A stretch of 64,000 nt of DNA from Bradymonadia bacterium (GTDB taxonomy: Bacteria > Myxococcota_A > Bradymonadia > UBA7976 > UBA1532). The notes under the pieces are model-generated. The model was given only the letters and a program-made list of their open reading frames with translations. It was not told the origin of the DNA and did not search any database. Location: the NCBI GenBank assembly GCA_046290225.1, contig JBKAGE010000004.1, forward strand, positions 17,035-81,034, written 5' to 3'. Position 1 is the first letter of the stretch. Each line of letters begins with the position of its first letter. The translations under genes and the position numbers were made by a program. This document shows, piece after piece, positions 1 to 8,606 of this stretch.

Positions 1-2112
1 GAGCTCGGATCGGGCGGCCTGGTGTAGCAGGGCTGTGGTCAGAGGGGTGTTCTGGGCCGCGGCGAGGAAGGCCGCCCGGACCATGGAGTTGCGAATCAGC
101 GCCCCGCTCATCTCCCACTGTCGGGCGAGGCCGATCCAGTCGAGATCAGGGTCCAGGGCGAGGCCTGGAGGCACCATGGAGCGCCACAGCTTCAGGCGCT
201 CCTCTTCTTTGGGCAGATCGAAGTGCAGGCGGAACCGGAGGCGGCGCTTGAACGCCTGATCGATGCCCGTGCCGAGGTTGGTGGTCAGGATGGAGATGCC
301 TTCGTACGCCTCCATGCGCTGCAGCAGGAAGTTCACCTCGAGGTTGGCGTACCGATCGTTGCTGCTCTCCACCTTGGTGCGCTTGGCGAAGAGGGAGTCG
401 GCCTCGTCGAAGAGCAGCACCACGGGCACCCGGGAGGCTTCGTCGAAGAGGCGGGCGAGGTTCTTCTCGGTCTCGCCGACGTACTTGTCCACGATGCGGG
501 ACAAGTCGACCTGGTACATGTCGAGGCCCAGCTCTTTGGCGATCAGGGCGGCGCTCATCGTCTTCCCTGTGCCTGGCGGGCCGCTGAACAGACAGCTCAG
601 CCCTCGGCCCTTGCTGCCGAGCTTGCGGGCGAAGCCCCACTCCTCGAACACGCGAGTGCGAAAGCGGGCGTGGGCCAGGATCTCCATCAGGCTGCCGTGG
701 ACCTCTTCCTCGATGATCAAATCGTCCCAGGTCTGGGTGGTGGAGGTGAAGGTGGCCAGATCGGCGAGGTGGGTCCTGATCTGACGACGGATGGCCTGAT
801 CGAACCGAACGGTGTCGAGTGTTGCTGTGTCGCCCAGCTCTACCCGCACGTCTCGGAGCGCGCGGTCGAGATCACCGGGACGCAACTTGTACATGTCGGC
901 GAGGCCCATGACCTGACCCGGAGGTACCTCGAAGGCGTGTTTCTCGAGTAGCTGCGCGTAGAGGCGTGTACGCACCGGGGTTGGCGGCTCATCCATGCTC
1001 AGGGAGCGGGCATGGGGCACCAAAGCGGCGATGTGCGCCACGCTCAACCGATCCGCGGTGAGCACCACCGGCACGTCAAAGGCCCTGAGGAGCCGCGCCA
1101 GAGCACCACCGCGTCGATCGTTGCGATCTCCGAGGGGCTCCGCGCGAATCAAGATCAACGCCCCCAACAAGAAGCCATCTCTCAGCGCCGCTGCGAGCTG
1201 AGTCTCGAAGGGCTCTACCTCCCAGGGCAGCGCTGCGGTGTTGATGCAGAAGAGCGGGCGCTTCGCCATGAGCGCGTAGGCCCGGGCCAGGGTGCGGCGG
1301 CCGCTGCCAGGGGCACCCACAAGAAGCACGGGGGCGGTGTCCCGGCCTTGGGCCAGGGGCCCGAGCAGCCGGCCGAATCGAACAGGGTCAGGGATCACCA
1401 GCTCTTTCGGCCCTGGCCCCGACATCTCCAAAGACACAGCCCCGGGTGTGTATGACTCGTCGAGGATGGGGCGGCCAGAGAGGCACCGCCTGACCGCGTC
1501 TGGGACGAAGATGGGCCTCAAGAGCAGGGGGGTCGCCGGCTGCCAGCGTCGATCTTCGCCAAGCTGAACCAGGCGCAGACGACGCAGCGCTGCGTCGGGG
1601 GCCAGGGCGTCTTCCAAGTCGGCCCGGTGCGCTTCGTCGTCTGCGAGCAGCTCCAGCAGAAACCCCGCCGTGGGTTGCTTCACTGCGAAGTCTGCCCAGG
1701 CGAAGGTGCACACCCGAAGCAGCCCCGGAGAGCCCTCCAGCGTGGCGAGCAGTGTCACCAGCTCCAACGCCGTGGCATCGAGCTGAGCAAATCGACCGAG
1801 GCGGGCGGGGGGCAGATCTTCGTGGGCCTCCAGACGCTGTGAGAGCCGCGTGCGCAGGTCGACGATCTGACCATCGAGGGCCTCTGCATCTGGCAGCGCG
1901 ATGGGCGGCTTCGCCTTGCCCACCTCGAGCTCGGCGCTCACCTCTTCGATGGTGACGAAGAGATCAGAGAGGCTGCCTGCACCCTGCGCTGCCCGATACC
2001 AGTAGCGGCTCAAGTATCGTTTCAGCAGTGCCTGGGCCAGGCGGTGGGCGTCGGCCCGCCAGGGGGCAAAAGCCGGCGAGCGTGAGGGGGCTGGGGTTTC
2101 CAGTGTGGGCAC
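1..2112 (-). CDS. AAA+ ATPase, Afp15/Pvc15-like (runs off the window start)
   Basis: Absent from the ORF track because its stop is outside the window. Manual translation gives LFSGPPGTGKTM (Walker A), VDLSRIVDKYVGETEKNL, LLFDEADSLFAKR (Walker B) and DRYANLEVNFLLQRME. GTG at 2112 has GGAG 8 nt upstream. I checked the frame at both ends but not codon by codon across the middle. Confidence 0.85.
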   Translation of the reverse strand, partial: MPTLETPAPSRSPAFAPWRADAHRLAQALLKRYLSRYWYRAAQGAGSLSDLFVTIEEVSAELEVGKAKPPIALPDAEALDGQIVDLRTRLSQRLEAHEDLPPARLGRFAQLDATALELVTLLATLEGSPGLLRVCTFAWADFAVKQPTAGFLLELLADDEAHRADLEDALAPDAALRRLRLVQLGEDRRWQPATPLLLRPIFVPDAVRRCLSGRPILDESYTPGAVSLEMSGPGPKELVIPDPVRFGRLLGPLAQGRDTAPVLLVGAPGSGRRTLARAYALMAKRPLFCINTAALPWEVEPFETQLAAALRDGFLLGALILIRAEPLGDRNDRRGGALARLLRAFDVPVVLTADRLSVAHIAALVPHARSLSMDEPPTPVRTRLYAQLLEKHAFEVPPGQVMGLADMYKLRPGDLDRALRDVRVELGDTATLDTVRFDQAIRRQIRTHLADLATFTSTTQTWDDLIIEEEVHGSLMEILAHARFRTRVFEEWGFARKLGSKGRGLSCLFSGPPGTGKTMSAALIAKELGLDMYQVDLSRIVDKYVGETEKNLARLFDEASRVPVVLLFDEADSLFAKRTKVESSNDRYANLEVNFLLQRMEAYEGISILTTNLGTGIDQAFKRRLRFRLHFDLPKEEERLKLWRSMVPPGLALDPDLDWIGLARQWEMSGALIRNSMVRAAFLAAAQNTPLTTALLHQAARSEL

Positions 2113-2142
2113 GCGAGGCACTCCAGAGAAGCGGGGAGGGAA

Positions 2143-3768
2143 TCAGGGGCGGAAGGGCGGCCAGGCGTACACGCGCCAGCGGGCTACACCCGGACCATCA
2201 GAGAGGACCTCGAGCATCTCCAGCCGGCCGTCGCCCTCCAGGTCCGAGAGCGCCAGGCGATGCACCTCGCCGCTGAGCGGCTCGCCCTGGAACACCCGGG
2301 TGCCCTCCTCATCGAGGATTCGGACCCGGGAGGGCAGGTTGCCGTTTGCGGCCCGGTTGCCTGTGCGCAGCAGGAGCTGCTCGTCACCCTCACAGCCATC
2401 GAGCTGACCCAGGGTGCCGAGCGGACCGCGTCGATCGAGGACGAGTTCAAAGGCGGCGTTGCGCTCCGACTCCACCTCGAGCACGAGATCGCCATCAGAG
2501 ATCGCGCGGAACTCCTGAGCCCCGTCGATGCCGTCTTCGTTGGGGCCGACGAGCAAACGCAGCTCTCGCTCGCCATCACCATCGACATCGCTGTCGGTGG
2601 ACCACGTGAGGGTACGATAGGGACCAAACTCACCACGTCGGCGCATCGTGCCGGCTTCGTAGAGCAGGATGTAGCGCAGACCACCGCGCTCTTCCTCGAC
2701 GGCGAGGCGCAGTGCATCGCCTGCTCGATAGAACTCTGCACGCAGGAATTCGCCGATCAAAGGCGAGGCGGCACCTGCCTCGACGAGATCCTCGCGATGG
2801 TAGCGCACGGTGAGCTGGTTGCCCTCAATGGAGGCCGTGACCAGCTCATCGCCCATACCGCGCACCGCCTGTGGTCCCGGGTCGACGCCCTCGGCGGTGT
2901 CGTTGATGGGCACAAAGCCCGCGGTGATGCGTCCGGTGAGGGCCTGCCGGGCGATGTCTTCGAGGTTCCCGCCGTCGAGCAGCGCCACCCCGAGACCGCC
3001 GGTGTAGACGAAATCCACGCCGCCATCACCATTGGCATCCCAAGCAGGGTGAATGGTGCACACTCCGAGGGCGAGCTGCTCGGTCCCTGCCACTGGATCG
3101 AAGATCCCACACCCTCCATCAGAGAAGTTCACCGCTGCGCGCCAGCCAGCACCTGTCTCCACGGGCATCACCGCGATGGGGGTACCTGGCAACGACACAC
3201 GACCGAGATCTGCTCCGGCGGTGTCCACCACCCGCAGCGCCGGTTGAGCGCCCTCTTGATCCGCCCCGGGCTGCTCCAGGAGGAACAGTGCTTCGCGCCC
3301 ACCTGCAGAGACTGGGCGGTGCAGCGGCCCGGGGTCGGGGATCACAGGTGAGATGACCCTCAGGGTGTGCCCGGGCGCGGCTTCAACGGAGAAGAGCTCA
3401 GTCAGTTGAGTGCCGAGAACGCCCGAGAGCTTCGGGGGGCTGGCTGCATCGTATGTCAGCAAGATATCGGCGAGGCCATCACCGTCGAGGTCATGATCGC
3501 CCTGGATGTCGGTGAGCCCGTCCATCGGCTCGCTCTCGTGAGTGGGCACCAGGACACCGTTCTCCGAGAGGCAGGCATTCGGCTCCAGCTCTGCATCCGG
3601 GGGCGGCAGGAACATGTCGAAGAGATCGAGATCAGGCCGTGCATCGGCGGTGCCGGCGTCGAGATCGACGGAGCCGTCGGCGTCAGCGCCTCCACTTTCA
3701 CTCTCCGAGCAGCCTGCTGCGGCGCCGAGCAAAGTGAGGCTCAGTGACATCAAGTAACGCTTCATCAT
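2143..3768 (-). CDS. Lipoprotein with FG-GAP/VCBS-like Ca-binding repeats (probable beta-propeller)
   Basis: Lipobox-like LGAAAGC; repeated DxDGDG motifs (DLDGDGLADILL, DANGDGGVDF, DVDGDGERE, DLEGDGRLE). Confidence 0.75.
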   Translation of the reverse strand: MMKRYLMSLSLTLLGAAAGCSESESGGADADGSVDLDAGTADARPDLDLFDMFLPPPDAELEPNACLSENGVLVPTHESEPMDGLTDIQGDHDLDGDGLADILLTYDAASPPKLSGVLGTQLTELFSVEAAPGHTLRVISPVIPDPGPLHRPVSAGGREALFLLEQPGADQEGAQPALRVVDTAGADLGRVSLPGTPIAVMPVETGAGWRAAVNFSDGGCGIFDPVAGTEQLALGVCTIHPAWDANGDGGVDFVYTGGLGVALLDGGNLEDIARQALTGRITAGFVPINDTAEGVDPGPQAVRGMGDELVTASIEGNQLTVRYHREDLVEAGAASPLIGEFLRAEFYRAGDALRLAVEEERGGLRYILLYEAGTMRRRGEFGPYRTLTWSTDSDVDGDGERELRLLVGPNEDGIDGAQEFRAISDGDLVLEVESERNAAFELVLDRRGPLGTLGQLDGCEGDEQLLLRTGNRAANGNLPSRVRILDEEGTRVFQGEPLSGEVHRLALSDLEGDGRLEMLEVLSDGPGVARWRVYAWPPFRP

Positions 3769-4055
3769 GTTTGACGGTACCCTTTGAAAAGACAGGGAAC
3801 GTTATGTGCTGTGCCAGCGACGGCTTCACGCCTCGCCTCAGCCCTCTCCCTGGCTCTTAGCAGAGATCTCACGAGGCGAACAACGGGCCTCGACTCAACG
3901 GACTGGCCTTCGACGGTCGATTGGCTGTAGTATCCACGGTGCTGCGCCGAAGATGGAGGAGTGTGCTCGACTGCTGTCTGTGATTGTTCCGACAGTAACC
4001 GGCACCCCCGCCCTGCGTGGCGTGCTGTTGAACCTGTGGAGGAGCCCAGAAGCAC

Positions 4056-4694
4056 TTGGACGAGCGTAGACGCATCAACGAGCAGATCCGCATCCCTCGC
4101 ATCATGGTCATCGACGACGAGGGCGAGCAGCTCGGGGAAATGCACCCCGACGAAGGCCGCCGTATTGCCCGCGAGAAGGGGATGGACCTCGTCGAGGTGG
4201 CCCCCAACGCCCGGCCGCCGGTCTGCCGCATCATGGATTATGGCCGCTTCAAGTACGAGCAGCGCAAGCGCTCGAAGAAGCAGCACCAGGTGCAGACGAA
4301 GATGATCAAAATGCGCCCCAAGACCGACCCTCACGACCTCGAGACCAAGCTGCGTCACGCGCGGCGGTTCCTCGAGGGCGGTGATCGGGTGCGGTTTGTG
4401 GTGCGCATGCGTGGCCGTGAGCGTTCGGTGACCGAGCGTTGGCAGAAGCAGCTCAACGAGCTGTTGGCCAAACTCGACGACATCGGCGTGGTGACCGGCC
4501 GCCCCGCCCTCGAAGGTGGTGCTGTGTGTGCCACCGTCGAGCCCCGAGCAAAGCCCCAGCCCCAGGCCAAGCCAAAGCCCCAGCGCCCCCAGCGCCCCGA
4601 GGTCAAGGCTGCGCCCGAGGTCCCCGCCGCAGCACCTGCTGCTGCACCCGAGGCCCCCGCCGCAGCACCTGCTGCTGCACCCGAAGGCAGCTGA
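4056..4694 (+). CDS. infC: Translation initiation factor IF-3 (stand-alone copy with Pro/Ala-rich C-terminal tail)
   Basis: RINEQIR, DLVEVAPNARPPVCRIMDYGRFKYE and MRGRE motifs; TTG start downstream of GGAGG. Confidence 0.93.
   Translation: MDERRRINEQIRIPRIMVIDDEGEQLGEMHPDEGRRIAREKGMDLVEVAPNARPPVCRIMDYGRFKYEQRKRSKKQHQVQTKMIKMRPKTDPHDLETKLRHARRFLEGGDRVRFVVRMRGRERSVTERWQKQLNELLAKLDDIGVVTGRPALEGGAVCATVEPRAKPQPQAKPKPQRPQRPEVKAAPEVPAAAPAAAPEAPAAAPAAAPEGS
4608..4685 (+). repeat. 33-bp tandem repeat (~2.4 copies) encoding AAPE(V/A)PAAAPA in the IF-3 tail
   Basis: Units at 4608-4640, 4641-4673 and a partial unit at 4674-4685. Confidence 0.9.
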
Positions 4695-4711
4695 GCCTGA
4701 TTCTCTTCCCT

Positions 4712-4739
4712 TCAGTCAGGGCGCCCTGAGGCCCACTGA
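4712..4739 (+). terminator. Possible hairpin after infC
   Basis: Perfect 14-bp palindrome TCAGGGCGCCCTGA at 4716-4729, flanked by TCAGT/ACTGA; no U-tract. Confidence 0.3.
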
Positions 4740-4760
4740 CCATCAGCCTGCATCCAGGCC

Positions 4761-4789
4761 TTGTTGCCGTGGGCCGCCGTGGGTACACT
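4761..4789 (+). promoter_or_regulatory. Putative sigma70-type promoter giving a leaderless transcript
   Basis: TTGTTG-N17-TACACT, then 7 nt to the GTG at 4797; no SD sequence. Confidence 0.45.
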
Positions 4790-4796
4790 CCCCGCC

Positions 4797-6857
4797 GTGA
4801 AAGCCCTCATCACCCTGCTCTGCGTGGCCTTCTGTCTCGCGAGCCCGACCCTCACTCAAGCTCAGCGCCCCGAGTTTCCCTCTGGGGTCGAGGGCCGCCC
4901 GCTGCGGGCGCCGCTCAAGACCGAGAACCTCACCCGAGGTTTCCGCTTCGATCCGCCTTTCTGGGTCACCGCCGTGGCGCCTTCCGATCCCAACGTCGTC
5001 TATGTGGGGACCGATCGAGGCTATATCTATGTGAGCCGTGATGGTGGGCAGTCTTGGGAAGAGTTCCGGGTGCGTACGCGGAATAGCGCTTTCTATGGCG
5101 CCATTCGCCCCATGGGCCAACCGAACCTCGTCTCCAGTCGGGTACCTCGTCGCTGGACGGAGAATCGCCTGAGCAGCCTGCTCACCCTCGATTTCGCATT
5201 TCGTGGTCCCAGTATCGAGCCTGATCCGCCTTCGTCGGTCAGTGGTGAAGCATCACCGCTTGGTGATGCCGCTGGGGGTTTTGGCTCAGGCATCAACTCC
5301 CCAGATCCCAGCGGCAAGGTAAATGGCCTGTTTGGCCGTACGCACATGCCGCATGTGTGGAAGGGCTCCGGTGGTGGTGGTGGCCCCGGCGCGCGTCTGG
5401 GTGTGGGCTTGAGGGGCGGCGCCCCCTGGCTGACGCTGGCGCTGCGCAAAAAGCGGCGTTGGGCCATCGGCATCAACATGAAGCAGACGCTGGCCCTCAA
5501 GACCTCGCCGCCCACGGGGGTGTACTGGATCAGCGTCAACCCCAATGATCCCAATGATGCCTTCGCGGCGACCCAGGACGGCTTGCTTCGCACCGTTGAT
5601 GGGGGTCTGACATGGCCCACGGTGCTCACTGGGGCCACCCCCAGCGAGCGCTACATGCTGCACATCACCCGCAGCCCTCATGATCCCAACACGCTGGCTC
5701 TGGCCACTGGCGCAGGGTTGTTCATGAGCAGAGATGGTGGGGAGACCTTCGCCCGCGTGGTGGACGGCCGTGTCGCCCAGTACGGCATCAGCTGGATCGA
5801 GTTTCACGCCACTGATCCCGACACGTTCTACGTAGGCACCACGAGAGCGGGCATGTTCCGCACCAAGGATGGCGGTGATAACTTCAAGTGGGTCTACATC
5901 CGCACGTGGCCCCACCAGAACTACGTCACCATCATGGCCGTGGACAAAGCCCAGCCTTCTCGGGTGCTCATGGGCACTCGAGATGGGCTGTTCGTCAGCG
6001 AAGACGAAGGGGAGACCTTCGAGCGCGCAGGTGGGCTTCAGTTCGTGGGGGATCGCATCAAGGCCCTGTCGAGCTCAGGCCGGCCCGGTCACTTCATGCT
6101 CGCCACCTACGCCGATCTCTGGGAAACCTTCGACGGCGGCAAGACGTGGCAGGTGCTCTACTTCGGCGCCAATGAGTGGACGATCAACTACGCCCACTTC
6201 GATCCGGTGCGCCCTGACACCATCTGGGTGGTCACCTGGGCTGAGATCCTGCGGCTCAGCCCGAGCAAGCCCGTCGACGTGCCCCGTGATCTCGTTCAAC
6301 GGTGGCGCGCTTTTCTGAAGACCGAGCCCACCAGCGCAGAGGTCATCCGTGTGGCCCTCACGGAATTCGGGGTGTGGAGAGAAGACCTCAACAGCTACCG
6401 CAGCAACTCGCGATGGGCGGGGTTGATCCCGAACATCGACGCTGGCTTTCAGCATCAGACCACTGATCTCGAGAAGGGCAGGCGATCGGCAGTGCTCGGC
6501 GCGCCCATGCTGGGCAACGGTGGCCTCGGCGGACCGCCCCAGTTCATCTGGGAACCTCAGCTGTTGCAGCGTCAATACTGGTGGGTGATGGGTCAATGGG
6601 ATTTGGCCCAGCTGGTCTTCAACCAGGACGAGATCCCGACGGGTCGCGTCGAGAGCACGATGCGATTCCTCGAACGCCGCATCCGGCTATCGGTGCTCGA
6701 CATGTATCTCGAGCGTCGTCGTCTGCAGCTGGAACAGATGATGGGGGTGAACTCGAGCCCCCGGGCCACGCTGATGCGCAACCTGCGCCTCGAAGAGCTG
6801 ACGGCCCACCTCAACGCCCTCACTGGGGGCGTCTTCAAAGATATGTCCGCCCTCTGA
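4797..6857 (+). CDS. Secreted BNR/Asp-box (Vps10/YCF48-like) beta-propeller protein with C-terminal helical/beta domain
   Basis: Signal peptide after GTG 4797; SRDGGQSW, TVDGGLTW, SRDGGETF, TKDGGDNF, SEDEGETF and TFDGGKTW boxes; C-terminal ~190 aa is homologous to the next ORF. Confidence 0.8.
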   Translation: MKALITLLCVAFCLASPTLTQAQRPEFPSGVEGRPLRAPLKTENLTRGFRFDPPFWVTAVAPSDPNVVYVGTDRGYIYVSRDGGQSWEEFRVRTRNSAFYGAIRPMGQPNLVSSRVPRRWTENRLSSLLTLDFAFRGPSIEPDPPSSVSGEASPLGDAAGGFGSGINSPDPSGKVNGLFGRTHMPHVWKGSGGGGGPGARLGVGLRGGAPWLTLALRKKRRWAIGINMKQTLALKTSPPTGVYWISVNPNDPNDAFAATQDGLLRTVDGGLTWPTVLTGATPSERYMLHITRSPHDPNTLALATGAGLFMSRDGGETFARVVDGRVAQYGISWIEFHATDPDTFYVGTTRAGMFRTKDGGDNFKWVYIRTWPHQNYVTIMAVDKAQPSRVLMGTRDGLFVSEDEGETFERAGGLQFVGDRIKALSSSGRPGHFMLATYADLWETFDGGKTWQVLYFGANEWTINYAHFDPVRPDTIWVVTWAEILRLSPSKPVDVPRDLVQRWRAFLKTEPTSAEVIRVALTEFGVWREDLNSYRSNSRWAGLIPNIDAGFQHQTTDLEKGRRSAVLGAPMLGNGGLGGPPQFIWEPQLLQRQYWWVMGQWDLAQLVFNQDEIPTGRVESTMRFLERRIRLSVLDMYLERRRLQLEQMMGVNSSPRATLMRNLRLEELTAHLNALTGGVFKDMSAL

Positions 6858-6879
6858 TGGGCCACCTTGGAGTGAGTGC

Positions 6880-7578
6880 ATGAAGCCCACAACCCCCTCG
6901 AGACTCGGCCTCGTCGTCGTCTGGATGGTCCTCCTCACCTCGGTGAGCCCGGCCTTTGCCCAGGGCAATGGCTTCTCTCCGGAGATCGAAGCGGCCCTCG
7001 AGGCCCTCAAAGCGGAGCCCACTGTGCAGGAGAGCCAGAGCGCCGCCCTGCAGTTCTTCCGCATCGACCCCGACACCGTGAGCTCCATGCGCACGCGGGC
7101 CGGGTGGAAGGCGCTCTTGCCGTCGGTGAGCGCCAACTTCAATCAGGTCTCGAACAACATCGACCTCGACACCTACCGCTTCGACTTCGATCCGACATTG
7201 CAGCAGGTTGCTGTGCGCGATGACGCTGAGTCGGTTTCGACCAGCGTCGGGGTGGCCGCCTCGTGGGATTTGCCCAAGTTGATCTTCAACGCCGAGGTTC
7301 TCGACGTGAGCTCCCTGGCGGTGCTCCAGGAGTCGGTGCTCAAGGAGATCACCCGCATCTACTACACGCGGCGTCGTCTACAGATCGACCTCATCCTCAA
7401 CCCGCCGACTGACCCCTCCACCCGGTTGGCCAAGGAGCTGCGCGTCGAGGAGCTCACCAGCACCCTCGACGCCATGACCGGCAACCTGTTCTCCAACCAG
7501 GCCAAGGCCCGGTCGCGGCGGGGCAAGCGCCGTCGTCGCCGGCCCGCCGCTCAGCAACAGGCCAAGGGGGCGCGGTGA
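6880..7578 (+). CDS. Secreted conserved hypothetical protein, possibly TolC-like half-module
   Basis: Signal peptide ending AFA; EPT..., WDLPKLIFN, YYTRRRLQ and EELTSTLDAMTG match the upstream protein's C-terminus. Confidence 0.7.
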   Translation: MKPTTPSRLGLVVVWMVLLTSVSPAFAQGNGFSPEIEAALEALKAEPTVQESQSAALQFFRIDPDTVSSMRTRAGWKALLPSVSANFNQVSNNIDLDTYRFDFDPTLQQVAVRDDAESVSTSVGVAASWDLPKLIFNAEVLDVSSLAVLQESVLKEITRIYYTRRRLQIDLILNPPTDPSTRLAKELRVEELTSTLDAMTGNLFSNQAKARSRRGKRRRRRPAAQQQAKGAR

Positions 7579-7940
7579 GGTGGCCCCTGGTGCTGATGGG
7601 TGTGCTCACCCTCGGCGCCTGCAGCAAGTCTGGCTCTTCTGAGCAGAGCCCCACAGCACAGGCCCAGACCCTCTATGCAGAGCGTTGCAGTACCTGCCAC
7701 GGCAAGACCGGGGGCGGGGATGGCCCAGGGGCCGGGGCGCTCGCCCCCAAACCCAGAGCGTTCACCGATGCTGCATGGCAGTCTTCAGTGAGCGACGCTC
7801 ACCTCGAGCAAATCATCGTGGGCGGCGGGGCGGCCGTAGGGAAGAGCGTGCTCATGCCGCCGAACCCCGACCTCGAAGGCGAGCCGGAAGTCTTGAAGGC
7901 GATCATCAAGATCATCCGTGGGTTCGGGCCTCGGGGTTGA
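7575..7940 (+). CDS. Monoheme cytochrome c lipoprotein
   Basis: Lipobox LGAC, CSTCH, distal Met in LMPP; GTGA overlap with the upstream stop. Confidence 0.9.
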   Translation: MRWPLVLMGVLTLGACSKSGSSEQSPTAQAQTLYAERCSTCHGKTGGGDGPGAGALAPKPRAFTDAAWQSSVSDAHLEQIIVGGGAAVGKSVLMPPNPDLEGEPEVLKAIIKIIRGFGPRG

Positions 7941-8040
7941 GCCGGGCCTTCAACCGAAAGAATTGCGTCCCTCCTGTGGAGAGGGCACCATCTCCAGGTG
8001 TGGTACGTACCCAGTTTCTGTCCCTGAGTTCGAGGTGAAG

Positions 8041-8490
8041 ATGGCGTCTATCAACAAGATCCTGGTCCCGACTGATTTCTCCGACTGCTCCGCGGTGGCC
8101 TTCGACAAGGCCACTGAGCTCGCTGGCGCCCTCGGCGCCGAGCTGACCTTGTTGCACATCTACGAGCCCCCGACCTACGTGGGTGACGTCGTGGTGCAGA
8201 TGCCCGGCCAGGAGGGCCTCACTGTGAGCGAGTACATTCGTGCTGAGGCTCGTCATGAGATGGATGCGTTCCTCAAAGAGAAGAGCCTCCCCGAGGGCTT
8301 GACGGTCCACCACCGGCTCGAGCCCGGGCATCACGCCACGGCCCTCAAGAAGATCGCCAAAGAAGAAGACTTCGACCTCATCGTCATGGGCACACATGGC
8401 CGCACTGGCCTGGCCCACGCCCTCCTCGGCTCCGTCGCCGAGAAGTTGATCCGCACTGCCGACGTGCCAGTGATGGTGGTGCGCGGCTGA
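8041..8490 (+). CDS. Universal stress protein
   Basis: ILVPTDFS, DLIVMGTHGRTG, LGSVAEK; GAGGTG SD before ATG 8041. Confidence 0.95.
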   Translation: MASINKILVPTDFSDCSAVAFDKATELAGALGAELTLLHIYEPPTYVGDVVVQMPGQEGLTVSEYIRAEARHEMDAFLKEKSLPEGLTVHHRLEPGHHATALKKIAKEEDFDLIVMGTHGRTGLAHALLGSVAEKLIRTADVPVMVVRG

Positions 8491-8606
8491 GCGTCGAAAC
8501 CATCGTCATGATGCTTTCGTGACGGAGGCATGACGGTGCCATCACCCACAGAGATCCACCACACGTCATCCTCGATGATGTGTTCTCACCCCTACGGAGA
8601 TCTCTG

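Noticed and set aside
223..1955. Plus-strand ORFs over the first 2 kb
   Set aside because: Shadows of the minus-strand AAA ATPase that the track missed.
3765..4358. 197-aa minus-strand ORF
   Set aside because: Antisense to infC; typical high-GC shadow frame.
8500..8540. Hairpin after the usp gene
   Set aside because: Imperfect stem with no U-tract; not enough to call a terminator.
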